From Parcubacteria group bacterium GW2011_GWC2_48_17 (GTDB taxonomy: Bacteria; Patescibacteriota; Minisyncoccia; Phycocordibacterales; UBA10002), in assembly GCA_001003605.1 (NCBI GenBank), contig LCPL01000006.1, forward strand, positions 1 to 58,852: 58,852 nt of DNA. The letters run 5' to 3'. Within the stretch, counting starts at the first letter, position 1; every line of letters begins with the position of its first letter. Of the stretch, positions 47,375 to 57,517 are shown piece by piece. A program made the translations under genes and the position numbers. The notes beneath the pieces were generated by a model. That model did no database searches. It saw only the letters and a list, made by a program, of their open reading frames with translations, and was not told the origin of the DNA.

Positions 47375-47437
47375 TTCTTATGCTTTATCTTTCTTTTTTC
47401 TACTTGCTACTAACTACTAGCTACTAACTTCTTTTTC

Positions 47438-48154
47438 ATGCTTTATTTCTTTCACGGCTCGGACAAAGACACAGCGCGCGAAAAGGCGGGCAAGCTCATC
47501 GAGAGCCTGCGCAAGAAAAAACCTGACGCGGAGCTTTTTCGCATTGACGCCGAAAACTGGAGCGAAGCCAAATTGCAGGAACTGACCGCCGGCCAAGGAC
47601 TCTTTAACAATTCCTTTATTGTCCAAATTGTTCAATTGCTCGAGAGCCCCGAGGCGAAAGAAATCTTTATAGACCGGCTGGAAGAAATAGCGCAGTCTCC
47701 TAATGTGTTTATATCGCTTGAAGGGGAGGTAGACAAGAAAACACTTCTCGCAATAGCCGAAGTTGCCGAAAAGGCGCAGTTATTTGAGAGTAAAAAAGAA
47801 AAGCAAAAACCTGACTTCAATATTTTTTCGCTCACTGATGCTTTCGGAAAACGGGATAAAAAAAATCTATGGGTGCTTTTTCAAAAAGCTGTGGCGAGTG
47901 GGGCAGTCCCGGAAGAAATACACGGCATCCTGTTTTGGCAGTTAAAATCCATGCTTCTTGCTTTCGGTTCTAAGTCAGCAAGTGAGGCCGGCATAGCTCC
48001 ATTCGTTTTCACTAAATCAAAGGGCTTCCTCAAAAACTATTCCGAGGAAGAGCTCAAAAGACTTTCTTCGAGATTCGTATCGCTGTATCACGACTCCCAC
48101 CGAGGCATTCATGATTTCGAAGTCGCACTGGAGCGGTTTATTCTCACATTGTAA
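47438..48154 (+). CDS. holA: DNA polymerase III delta subunit-like (short)
   Basis: MLYFFHGSD, GLF, FNIFSLTDA, LERFIL. Confidence 0.75.
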   Translation: MLYFFHGSDKDTAREKAGKLIESLRKKKPDAELFRIDAENWSEAKLQELTAGQGLFNNSFIVQIVQLLESPEAKEIFIDRLEEIAQSPNVFISLEGEVDKKTLLAIAEVAEKAQLFESKKEKQKPDFNIFSLTDAFGKRDKKNLWVLFQKAVASGAVPEEIHGILFWQLKSMLLAFGSKSASEAGIAPFVFTKSKGFLKNYSEEELKRLSSRFVSLYHDSHRGIHDFEVALERFILTL

Positions 48155-48240
48155 TCGCCATCGAATGAAATAAAAAAGAAGACCGGCCAAACTGGCGGGT
48201 CTTCGCGACGAAAGAACGAGGTTCAAATTATGAATGAAGC

Positions 48241-49324
48241 TTACTCAGCGATACTCCAGTTGAGAGTCTGTTCAGCCCAGAAAGGTTCCACCGTCCACGG
48301 TCCAACTGCGTAGCTGGGAGGTATACGGAACGGTTTTCGCGCCAACTTGATTTTTCTAGATGCCGGCGGCAAGTAATGGATTCTTCTGGCATTCCTTTAT
48401 GTTGATGAAGGTTTCAATCCCTGCGGCCGTCACGAACAGATGTTCAAGAGCATGCGCATAGAGGGACAGCAAAAACGGGGAAGTGTATGCTCCGCAGGAA
48501 CACTGTCCCAAATGGACATGCTTGGCATGCTCGGGATGCGGAGCGTCATCAGCACCAGCCATCACCCACGGAAGGTTTTCTGATACTAGTTGTACAAGCG
48601 ACGCTCGATCGGGCTCCGTTTTGATGGTTGGCTTACATTCCGCTCGGATGTCTCTGCGGGCTTTGTCCTCATTGGTTGCGAGGTGGTGAGCGGTTAGACC
48701 AAGAAAAAACCGTTCGCTCTTCGCGAAATATTTCCAATACGGCACACAGCGCCCGTCACTTCCGTGTTCCCAGAAAATTTGGGCCTCGGTTTCCTGCAGA
48801 AACATCTCGACGAACGGGAGGCATATTAATTCAGCGTCCCGGTCGCTGTACATGAGATTTGGATGCTCAAAATGCCCATGCACTTTCATTCCGTACTTAT
48901 CGCACCACTTCACCACGGGAAGCATTCTTCCCCACTGCTTGATTCCCTTCGTGGATTTCGTCGTACGCATGAAAGGGTACATTTTCCCGTCCACGATCCC
49001 ACGCTCTACACATTTCGCAATTTGCCCCTCGGTCGTTTTCTCTGTGAGCATAACGAAGGGAATAAAACTCATCGTGGCTTCTCCACGGACGAGCTCCTCG
49101 GCATTACCAATGTACTCGACAACTTGTTCAGCCGTCGCGAGGCCATCATTCGTGTTTGGTTGTGGGCCTATAACGTCGAAGCCTCCCTTGGCATTGTTTA
49201 GGACGAGCGCTTTGACGATTTCGTCTCCCTCTCGTTCGTGCGAATGAGTGTTTACTCCGGCCTCGACCTCGACTTCGTGAGGCATGTTTTGGTCGACCTG
49301 TGGTTTGGTATGTTCTGTATTCAT
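48241..49324 (-). pseudogene. pyrC: Dihydroorotase (E. coli-type) with frameshift near 48395
   Basis: HSHEREG, KMYP, EH, TAHHL, CKP, DDAPH; the true C-terminus (NARRIHYLP...PFWAEQTLNWSIAE*) is in another frame. Confidence 0.8.
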
Positions 49325-49423
49325 AATTCTTTGTCAAAACTTCCCCAATCCTCCTTGCACGTGGACAAAAAGCAACCCCACTCCGACGTTGTCGGGTGGG
49401 GTAAAGTACTTGAGTCCGGTACA

Positions 49424-50479
49424 CTAGCGCGATACCGTACTCAAGCGGCGAAAGCTCGACAGATACCCCGTTGTTCGTTGGCGGGCATACTTATGCGCTC
49501 CGCGGATCATCGGTCGCACCTGCGTCGGCGCAAGCATGGCAATCGAACCTGGAGAGATTGCATCAGCACCTGCGTCAAAGGCAAGGCGCGCGTCGTTTGC
49601 AGAGAGCAGTCCTCCTCCAGCGATAATTGGCTTATGGATTCCAAGTTGCCGTACTGCTCGTAGCCACTCCAATAGAAATGGTTTGAGCGGAGCACCCGAG
49701 AGACCTCCAGCAAAACCAGGAAATCGTTTCGCCATCGGTGACTCCTCTGGGTCATCTGTGCCAAAGAGCGCTTTCCAGTCAACCGGAGGAGTTTTTTCGG
49801 CCCAGCGAGGCTGTTTGCCAAACGGTAGCGTATTGCAGAAACAGACAGCGTCGCATCGGGGATGATTAGCGACGCGAAGCATAGAGCGCGGGTGTACTTC
49901 AGGGCCGAATTTCAATACAAGCGAGATTGACTCGGGGAGTACTCTTTCCGCCATTTCAAGTATCGGCACCGCCTCACTGATAAGGTCATTTGGGTCGAGT
50001 CCTCCGTTCGGACACGATAGATTTACTTGAATTCCCCAGTCAGCACAGAAATGCTCGTATTTTTTCGCGGCCGCAAGCCGGCGAAAAATGCCATCAAGCT
50101 CGGCTTGCCGTCCTGCAGACGTCGGCTGTAGTGACATCACTGAAATCTGAAAGGATTCAGTAAACTTTTGCCACCAACCGGCCTGAATCAGGAATTCTAA
50201 GCCAGGACCGCTTAAGCTAACCGCGTTTAGCCCGTACTGCTTACGCAGGTTCACGATGATGCATCTCGGGAACCACTTTTTTGGAGTAACGCCATCTTTC
50301 TTGAGCGGCATATTGCCCGGTCGCCCGAGGAATGTCGTGGTCTTAGTTACCTTTGTGGAGCCACGAAAGTCGAGACCAATGAAACAAAACGGCCAATGAT
50401 ACCAATATCCTCTTCCGTGAAAGTTGGTTACGCCCGATGCCTGTAGCACAGGTCCAAAATTAATTCCGCGTAGAATCAT
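49424..50479 (-). CDS. pyrD: Dihydroorotate dehydrogenase-like protein
   Basis: TKTTT...GN, NAVSLSGPG, VNLSCPN, CNT, GGLSG, IIAGGG. Confidence 0.8.
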   Translation of the reverse strand: MILRGINFGPVLQASGVTNFHGRGYWYHWPFCFIGLDFRGSTKVTKTTTFLGRPGNMPLKKDGVTPKKWFPRCIIVNLRKQYGLNAVSLSGPGLEFLIQAGWWQKFTESFQISVMSLQPTSAGRQAELDGIFRRLAAAKKYEHFCADWGIQVNLSCPNGGLDPNDLISEAVPILEMAERVLPESISLVLKFGPEVHPRSMLRVANHPRCDAVCFCNTLPFGKQPRWAEKTPPVDWKALFGTDDPEESPMAKRFPGFAGGLSGAPLKPFLLEWLRAVRQLGIHKPIIAGGGLLSANDARLAFDAGADAISPGSIAMLAPTQVRPMIRGAHKYARQRTTGYLSSFRRLSTVSR

Positions 50480-50551
50480 AGAATGAGCTTTTTGTTGAGG
50501 GTTGTGGTTGTTCCACACCTATCCTAGCTCTTGAAGCAAGAAACGCAAGAG

Positions 50552-51418
50552 TTATAGGTAAGAAGCCAGCGCTCGTCGCAGAAGTTCACGCTTTTCAATC
50601 GATTCTTTCCAAATACTGTTCGAACGATTGCCGTTTATCCGGAGTCCTTTGGAAAAGTTTATCTCTCGTGCAAAGCGTTCAATGTGTTCTCTCCGACTTA
50701 TGGTAATTTCACCATATTTTCTATCCACTCTACCTTCAATACTGAATTTTCTTAGCAGTTGCTGAATGAGATGTAAGATTTTGTTATTATGCTGATAACC
50801 GCGTATGGCTCGTCGATTGCCTATGAAATACACTGAACCCTCATCATCAAAAAAGGAACGCAAAAAAGCCCGTTGGAGTTCTCTTTCCATAGACAAGATT
50901 CCCCCGATTAATGTCTGAGCCCTCGCTTTAAAGAAATTTCCCAGTTCCACATTGTGATAGCCGAGTTTAAATACACCTGGGAGAGATTCGTATTTCTTCG
51001 GAGGAAATGGATACACTGTTTTCATGCACCTGCTCACATGGTTAAGCAATGCTGAACTTCTATTTGTGTATATGCATCCACTATATTTTATTTCTCCATC
51101 AAACATCAAATGCCCCACTAATGACACAAGAGCCGCATCCCACCGGGAAAAAGGAACTGGATGACGATTCATCCTACTTTTACCTCTCCTGCTCTTACTA
51201 TATTCAATGAATCTTTGTGTAGCCGCGTGGCGTATTTTCTGTTTTTGTTGGTTGGTCAAAAGAATATGTCGGATATGAAAATACACCGATGTTTTCGGCC
51301 GGTTAGTTCGAATCATTATTTGACTAAGCGAGCAACCTTGCTTTCTTAGTGCAATGCACTGATTTCTGAAAGATACCAAGGTACGATAATTGTACCTCCT
51401 TATTGCGTATCCGCCCAC
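50552..51418 (-). CDS. Free-standing double-motif LAGLIDADG endonuclease-like protein (start uncertain)
   Basis: LVGHLMFDG and FLRSFFDDEG; N-terminal HTH-like LRKQGCSLSQI. Confidence 0.82.
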   Translation of the reverse strand: MGGYAIRRYNYRTLVSFRNQCIALRKQGCSLSQIMIRTNRPKTSVYFHIRHILLTNQQKQKIRHAATQRFIEYSKSRRGKSRMNRHPVPFSRWDAALVSLVGHLMFDGEIKYSGCIYTNRSSALLNHVSRCMKTVYPFPPKKYESLPGVFKLGYHNVELGNFFKARAQTLIGGILSMERELQRAFLRSFFDDEGSVYFIGNRRAIRGYQHNNKILHLIQQLLRKFSIEGRVDRKYGEITISRREHIERFAREINFSKGLRINGNRSNSIWKESIEKRELLRRALASYL

Positions 51419-51480
51419 TAGGAATCGAACCTAGATCAATTGGTTAAAAGCCAACTGCTCTACCACTGAGCTATGGGCGG
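51410..51480 (-). tRNA. tRNA-Lys(UUU)
   Basis: CCGCCCA acceptor, GCTCAGTGGTAGAGC D arm, CTTTTAA loop, CTAGG-TTCGATT-CCTAG; CCA not encoded. Confidence 0.95.
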
Positions 51481-51556
51481 GTCAAATAGCTGTTAGCTTC
51501 TAGCTTTCAGCTGCTAGGTTATAACACAAAATACCCAAGAATAAAACTTTCCTGGT

Positions 51557-51961
51557 CTACAACGGCGCATCAAAAGCGACAGCGCCGGCGCCAGAGAGAA
51601 GAAGCGAAAGCGAGATAACGGCTGTGAGGAAAAACAAATGCCGGCGGTGTTCGATATGCGCCCCGTGCTTGCCTTTTAGATAATACGCCGCTAGAGAAAG
51701 CGCAAACGCGATTAGCGCGGCAATCTGTGTGTAAATACCCGCGATAAGCATGATGGCAATGACAATCTCCAGCGTGCCAAGATGGAGCGCGTAGCGAGTA
51801 CCAGGCCTAAGACCAAGAGCTTCAAATAGCGCCCCATGCTGGGCTTTTCCTTTTGTGAGCGTGTGGCGGCCAAAGTCAAAAAAGACGACTCCAAGGGCAA
51901 GACGCAGTAGAAACGGCGCGAAAAAGCTAAAGGTAAGAAGGTCTGGGAAAGGATTGAGCAT
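51557..51961 (-). CDS. DoxX family membrane protein
   Basis: LLRLALG...LE...G.YTQIAAL...SGAGAVAFD; ATG at 51961. Confidence 0.85.
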   Translation of the reverse strand: MLNPFPDLLTFSFFAPFLLRLALGVVFFDFGRHTLTKGKAQHGALFEALGLRPGTRYALHLGTLEIVIAIMLIAGIYTQIAALIAFALSLAAYYLKGKHGAHIEHRRHLFFLTAVISLSLLLSGAGAVAFDAPL

Positions 51962-51984
51962 ATCCTTATGATACCATAAAGAGG

Positions 51985-52143
51985 AAAACACAAAACACAA
52001 ACTGCACAAAAATCCAAACAAAACACAAACTATCCAAAACACAAACTAGTCCTTGATATTTCTGACTTTTGCCGTATGTCCGTTTGGCTTTTTGTGTACT
52101 GTGCTTTGGTACATTTGTTTGGACACCGGATACTGTGCTTTGT
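51985..52143. repeat. Empty hairpin, CAAAACA family
   Basis: aaacacaaaacacaaactgcacaaaaatccaaac ... gtttggctttttgtgtactgtgctttgg. Confidence 0.8.
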
Positions 52144-52172
52144 CTTTAACAATAGGGGTAACCATTTCAAAC

Positions 52173-52733
52173 ATGCCATATGACAAAAAAAGGGTTTACA
52201 TCATACTTCACAACATTCGTAGCATTCACAATGTCGGCTCCATATTTCGCACGGCCGACGCGATAGGGGTAACAAGAATTTATCTTACTGGCTACACACC
52301 AGCGCCAATTGACCGATTCGGCAGAGCTCGAAAAGATTTTTCCAAGGCTTCTTTAGGAGCGGAAAAGAGCATGCAATGGGAAAAGCGAAAGAATATCTCC
52401 GCGCTTCTTTTGGAGCTTAAAAAGGGAGGAACTCAAATCATCGCTGTAGAGCAAAGCGCTCATTCCATCGACTATAAAAAGGTGCGGGCGAAGGCGTCCG
52501 CGGCCGTTGTCTTAGGGAATGAAGTTACAGGAATCCCACTAAAAGTGCTTGAGTTATGCGATTGCATTGCAGAAATACCAATGAGAGGACGCAAAGAATC
52601 TTTAAATGTTTCCGTATCGGCTGGAGTAGCGCTATTTCGCTTCTTTGACTGTATCATCCCCCACTTTTCCGAAAAAGTGGGGGACTGCGGCGTTGCGAAT
52701 GCCGCTCATGCGAATATCCCTCGGTATCGCTAA
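52173..52733 (+). CDS. TrmH/SpoU family RNA methyltransferase
   Basis: HNVGSIFRTADA, LGNEVTG, IPMRGRKESLNVSV. Confidence 0.93.
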   Translation: MPYDKKRVYIILHNIRSIHNVGSIFRTADAIGVTRIYLTGYTPAPIDRFGRARKDFSKASLGAEKSMQWEKRKNISALLLELKKGGTQIIAVEQSAHSIDYKKVRAKASAAVVLGNEVTGIPLKVLELCDCIAEIPMRGRKESLNVSVSAGVALFRFFDCIIPHFSEKVGDCGVANAAHANIPRYR

Positions 52734-52742
52734 CTTACAAGA

Positions 52743-53669
52743 CTAAAAACTTTTCCGGTCGATAGTTCTCCCGTTCTCATCCAAAAGTTCTATAATCTCC
52801 CGCTTGTCTTTCCAAAGTCGCGTATTTCTGCCTAAGTAGATACGCCATTCACCCTGAAAGAAGCCACGGTCATTTTTGTAGTATGTTACGCACTGATTGT
52901 AACTAATCTTGCTAAAAATATGAGCCTGGCAACTTCCATCCGCTCGGAGCTTAGTCGGGACCGAAGAAGGGGGAACTTTGCATCGCCCCAGTGTCTTTAG
53001 GTAATCATAGCAAGCATCGCTAAGCGTGTTTGGCGGAAGCGGAAGCGGGTCGTCTACAGGGCGAGGGCATCGGAGGGGAAGCGATGGCACGAAATTCATT
53101 CCCTGCTCAAAATACCCCGTGCATTTATTTAGCTGGAACGATTGTCCGTTTGGGGAATGTCCAGATATGATGTACGCTTTTTCTCCAGGCCGTAGGGTCA
53201 CAATTTCGCCGCTCCCTTCATTAGCTGGGAAAGGGAGCTTCCATGCTTTAGGAATTTCCTCGCCCAAAAATGTCACCTTACTTTTAAGCGTGAGTCCGGT
53301 AATCGCGACATCATATTTATTTTTCGGAGAAGCTTGCAAAACCACATATTCTTGGCTTGGCCTAGTGTTTTTCCGCACGGAAACAATCTGGAGTCTCCCG
53401 CGGAGAAAAGATATATTCGGGTCAAGCGGCTGTGGCAGTATGGTTTCCGAGATGATATATCCACGAGGCAACCCCTGCATGGTTTCTCCCGCAGTTCTTT
53501 TTTCAGATACATTTTGTTTTACCGTGCTCTTTGAAGGAGAAGAAAGAGTGCGTGTTTGCGGCGTAGTTGTGGCAGTCCTAGTTCCGCGCTCCGGGCTCTT
53601 ATTCGCGCCAAATACCCACATGGCGCCCATAATCACGAGGAATCCGATAAACCACTTTATGTCATCCAT
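52743..53669 (-). CDS. Membrane-anchored Cys-rich hypothetical protein
   Basis: N-terminal TM; NKCTGY; multiple Cys. Confidence 0.7.
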   Translation of the reverse strand: MDDIKWFIGFLVIMGAMWVFGANKSPERGTRTATTTPQTRTLSSPSKSTVKQNVSEKRTAGETMQGLPRGYIISETILPQPLDPNISFLRGRLQIVSVRKNTRPSQEYVVLQASPKNKYDVAITGLTLKSKVTFLGEEIPKAWKLPFPANEGSGEIVTLRPGEKAYIISGHSPNGQSFQLNKCTGYFEQGMNFVPSLPLRCPRPVDDPLPLPPNTLSDACYDYLKTLGRCKVPPSSVPTKLRADGSCQAHIFSKISYNQCVTYYKNDRGFFQGEWRIYLGRNTRLWKDKREIIELLDENGRTIDRKSF

Positions 53670-53828
53670 CCCGTTAGAAGTAGGACGCGGACAAAGCCAG
53701 TTCTGCGTTTCCCACTGTATTAATTAGTAAATCAGTAAACATTGTTTTGCGCTGTGTATCTATGAGCGTTCGCGACTTCTAATGGGATCCATTCAAATAG
53801 TGTAACGCGAATCCTCCTTTGCTAAAAG

Positions 53829-55139
53829 CTAGACGCTATCAGCTATAAGCTTCCTAAGCTCTTCTTTCACAACGGTCGCATCATCCCACGGCTCTCGCTG
53901 GCCCATCGGACCCATAATATACGGGTCAGTTCCTTTTCCGGTTATCAGAACCACATCTCCAATGCTTGAACGCCGGAGCGCTTCGCGTATTGCCGCGCGG
54001 CGGTCAAGAATAAAGAGCGGCGCTTTGTTCTGCATGCCGGCGGCCATTTCCCTCACAATCTTTTCCGGGTTCTCATCGTAGGGGTCTTCGTTTGTGAGAA
54101 TAATCTCATCACAATATCTTTCCGCGATGTCTCCCATTACAGGACGCTTCCATGCGTCCCGCCCGCCGCCCGTGTTTCCAAGAACGCACCTTCGGTATTT
54201 CCCGGCATACGTTTGGTAGAGCTTTTCGAGTGAGTCCGGCGTATGCGCGTAATCTACAATGACGTCAAAGTTCTGTCCGGCATTGATTTTTTCCGCGCGT
54301 CCCGGAATTCCCACTACCTTTCTGATGCCGGATGCTGCCTTCTCTACTGGAATGCCGGCGGCCTTCGCGTACGCAAGCGCCGCAAGAATGTTATACATAT
54401 TGAACTCTCCGGGAAGCGCCGACTGAACGCGCGCCCCGTTCCAATCAAACGAAACGCCATCAGATGTAATTTGTGCGCCTCTCACGTCATTTTTGGAGAA
54501 GGAAATCTTTGTGCCGCCAAACACCTCCAAAAAACGCCGCGCCTCCTTGTCGTCACCATTCACCACGAGCAATTTGTTTGGTTTCTTTGACGTTTCAAGC
54601 GCCCGCGCGATTGATACTTTCGCGTCAACATAATTTTCATACGAGCCGTGCGATTCTATATGTTCCGGCGCGAGATTAGTGAAGATAAGCGCGTCAAGTG
54701 CGATAAACTTGTGGCGAAACTGCCGCGCTCCTTCCGAGGTCATCTCAATGACCGCATGCGTGCATCCTGCCTTGACCGCTTTTTTTAGAAAACGATGGAG
54801 GAAAAATCGCCCCGGCATCGTCATCTTGTGCAGATTCCGTTCCTTTTTATCGCCAATCTTAAAATGAATAGTGGAAACATGTGCTGTTTTGTAGCCCACC
54901 TCTTCCAGAATGGAGCTTACAAGTTCCACGACCGAGCTTTTGCCTTTCGTACCCGTCACCGCAATCACAGTGAGTCTTTGCGATGGAAATCCAAAAAGCA
55001 CCGCACCGAGCCAAGCGAGAAGGTAGTGGTAGGGAAGCTGGAGCTTTCTAAAAAGCGATTCAGGGAGGATTTTTCTGAGCCAAGAGAGGAATGATTCCAT
55101 GGCGGTAATCATAGCTTTTTCTTCTGCACTGCTATACAT
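53829..55139 (-). CDS. murE: Mur ligase (MurE family)
   Basis: VTGTKGKSS, EMTSEG, DYAHTPDSL, GGGRD, TGKG. Confidence 0.9.
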   Translation of the reverse strand: MYSSAEEKAMITAMESFLSWLRKILPESLFRKLQLPYHYLLAWLGAVLFGFPSQRLTVIAVTGTKGKSSVVELVSSILEEVGYKTAHVSTIHFKIGDKKERNLHKMTMPGRFFLHRFLKKAVKAGCTHAVIEMTSEGARQFRHKFIALDALIFTNLAPEHIESHGSYENYVDAKVSIARALETSKKPNKLLVVNGDDKEARRFLEVFGGTKISFSKNDVRGAQITSDGVSFDWNGARVQSALPGEFNMYNILAALAYAKAAGIPVEKAASGIRKVVGIPGRAEKINAGQNFDVIVDYAHTPDSLEKLYQTYAGKYRRCVLGNTGGGRDAWKRPVMGDIAERYCDEIILTNEDPYDENPEKIVREMAAGMQNKAPLFILDRRAAIREALRRSSIGDVVLITGKGTDPYIMGPMGQREPWDDATVVKEELRKLIADSV

Positions 55140-55298
55140 TGACTAATTCAGTGAGATATGGTATCCTTTTGCGAGCATTCCTGTTTGAGGGGCTTCCCGT
55201 AAGCAGGTCGTTTCAAAGCACTCAAATGCTTTGAAATAAGAGGTACAACGATTGTGGACCTACTCATAAACACGCAATCAGTTCGTTGCCAGTTAATT

Positions 55299-56033
55299 AT
55301 GAAAAAACTGCTGTTCGTCGGTTTACTCGCACTCGTGTCCCTCTTCGGGCCTTATGCCCGGAGCCAGGACATTCCCAAATGCTCATGGCAAGTCGAGCCT
55401 TCTTACCCCGAATTCAAGGAAGATATCGGAAGGGGACATTGGGAGGTCCGTGACATCCAAATTGTCTGGGATGACGACTCAAATCTGTTCGCTCACTCAA
55501 GTGAGGATGGGGGAATCACGAACATAGTGTTCCATACCATCGTAGGCGGACAGGCCAGCGTATTTGCCTTCCCTGCCAAGGACGAGAAGGAAAGGTTCTC
55601 CGCTCTCGAGCAGTGGAGAAAATTTGCGGAACGGGCGAGAACCCGCTGCCGTTTCCTGACGGAGGGCATGTACGTTGACACTGTGGCGTACGAATGCGTA
55701 GGGAAATCCCGAGTACTTCGGGATTGGGAATTCGGACGCGGTACAGAACACTTGGTTTTCAAGGACGGAAACCGATTAGTTGTCGTTTCCTTGGACGACT
55801 GGGAGGGAACGGAACCCAAAAAGGGAGAGAAGATATTCTTAGGGCGACATAAGGGCCACGACACATTCTTCCCCGTGGAGAAGGTTGGGGAGAAATACCT
55901 CATTGAGCCACGGACGGCCGAGGTCCTCGCCGAACTGGTTCGGCGGAAGGAGGAAGCACTCGCCGAGCCCAAAGAGGCACCGGTACCAACACTTCCAAAA
56001 ATCGTGGTGGAAGGCAGACTGCCGGAAAAGTAG
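55299..56033 (+). CDS. Secreted hypothetical protein
   Basis: MKKLLFVGLLAL signal peptide; terminator 56059-56090. Confidence 0.65.
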   Translation: MKKLLFVGLLALVSLFGPYARSQDIPKCSWQVEPSYPEFKEDIGRGHWEVRDIQIVWDDDSNLFAHSSEDGGITNIVFHTIVGGQASVFAFPAKDEKERFSALEQWRKFAERARTRCRFLTEGMYVDTVAYECVGKSRVLRDWEFGRGTEHLVFKDGNRLVVVSLDDWEGTEPKKGEKIFLGRHKGHDTFFPVEKVGEKYLIEPRTAEVLAELVRRKEEALAEPKEAPVPTLPKIVVEGRLPEK

Positions 56034-56126
56034 GCAGCAAAGCAGTCAGGATTTCACAGCGCAGGGTTCACGACGAACCCTGCGCTTTTGTTTGTGTCAG
56101 TTGGCGTTTAGTGGTACTTTTTCTGC

Positions 56127-57299
56127 ATGCCGATTAAGCTCACTGCGTTTGAACACAAAATTGCGAAACAGCTCGCCGCGTTAAAAAGGAAATCCGGCTC
56201 GCATTCACCGAGCCCCGCGATGCTTCGCGATGTTTCTGGCATAACAGTGAAGCATGATTTTTGCTTTCTCTCTAACCCGTATGCCACCGACTTGTTTTTG
56301 AAATACTGGAAGCGGGATTTTGGAAACAAAAACACGAGGAACCTGCACAAACTAGTGGAACAATATCCTTCTCAAAATCGCGTGCTTGCTGGGAAGCTTG
56401 AAAAAATAGTTGGAGTGCCAGCCCAACATATTTTCGTAGGGAACGGTGCAACCGAAATAATCCAAGCAATGCTTCAGAATTTTGCCAAAAGAAAAATACT
56501 CGTGCCGGTTCCCACGTTTTCGCCCTACCTTGAATTTGCCCCAAAGGGTGTGAAAACTGTCATACACCAACTTAGAAAAGAAGCCGGTTTCAAGCTTGAA
56601 GCCAAAAGATTTCTCAAAGATATTCAGCGAGAGAAACCAGATTCCGTAGTCATTATCAATCCCAGTAATCCTGATGGGGGATATGTGAGTGCATCCACGT
56701 TGAGGCAGCTTTTAGAAAAATTGCGTCATATAGGAATCGTTATCATAGACGAGAGCTTTATTCACTTTGCGGATAAAAATAAACGAACACCCCAAGACGC
56801 CGCAAGACTGGTGAATACATTCCCCAACCTTGTGGTTATCAAGAGTCTTTCAAAAGACTTTGGTATCGCGGGGCTTCGCTTGGGATACGGAGTGATGAGC
56901 AAACAACGAATATCAACTCTTCTTGCGAGAGGTTATTTGTGGAACATCTCCGGTTTTGGCGAATATTTTCTTAACCTTTTGAATAATCGTGGATTTATGA
57001 AGGAATACGAAAAAGCCAGACTTTTGGCGATACGGGAACGAGATGATTTCTTTACGCAACTTTCAACACTCAAGGGTCTTAAGGTCTATCCGAGCAGGGC
57101 AAATATGTTTTTGATTGAACTTCTCGGCGGCTCACGCGCGGAAGACTTTATGGTTACGCTTCTCGCGCGGTATGGTATCTATGTCCGGCTCTGTAAAGAT
57201 AAAATCGGACTTAATGGAGAGTTTATACGAATTGCTTCGTGCAAAGCGAAAGAAAATTTGAAACTTGTTCGGGCGTTAAAAAATATCCTATCCGAATAG
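56127..57299 (+). CDS. PLP-dependent class I/II aminotransferase (HisC/CobD-like)
   Basis: GNGATE, NPSNPDG, DESF, SLSKDFGIAGLRLG. Confidence 0.9.
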   Translation: MPIKLTAFEHKIAKQLAALKRKSGSHSPSPAMLRDVSGITVKHDFCFLSNPYATDLFLKYWKRDFGNKNTRNLHKLVEQYPSQNRVLAGKLEKIVGVPAQHIFVGNGATEIIQAMLQNFAKRKILVPVPTFSPYLEFAPKGVKTVIHQLRKEAGFKLEAKRFLKDIQREKPDSVVIINPSNPDGGYVSASTLRQLLEKLRHIGIVIIDESFIHFADKNKRTPQDAARLVNTFPNLVVIKSLSKDFGIAGLRLGYGVMSKQRISTLLARGYLWNISGFGEYFLNLLNNRGFMKEYEKARLLAIRERDDFFTQLSTLKGLKVYPSRANMFLIELLGGSRAEDFMVTLLARYGIYVRLCKDKIGLNGEFIRIASCKAKENLKLVRALKNILSE

Positions 57300-57328
57300 G
57301 TCAGAGTGGACACTGATATTCACAAGGG

Positions 57329-57508
57329 CTATTTTCCGCGCCTCTTCAAAATGTCTATGAACGCTTCTTCAGCCGTTTTGTATCCCTTGCTGTGTTTGAG
57401 CGTCCACTCGATTTCCTTTCGATAAAGGCGCCGATGTCGCAATTTCTATCCTTCTCGGCAGAGCGGACAACTTTTTCTTCCACTTTCAATTTTTCGGCTC
57501 TCATTCAT
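57329..57508 (-). pseudogene. 59-codon ORF with CPxC motif and one in-frame TAG
   Basis: MNESRKIESGRKSCPLCREG*KLRHRRLYRKEIEWTLKHSKGYKTAEEAFIDILKRRGK*, 9 nt after the ruvA stop. Confidence 0.45.
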
Positions 57509-57517
57509 ATTTTTGCT

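Noticed and set aside
53026-53727. Long antisense/shadow ORFs (also 505..1143, 5573..6349, 36929..37516, 23918..24532)
   Set aside because: Overlap better-supported genes and lack recognisable motifs.
57446-57448. Stop-codon recoding
   Set aside because: TAG, TGA and TAA all terminate conserved genes normally in this window.
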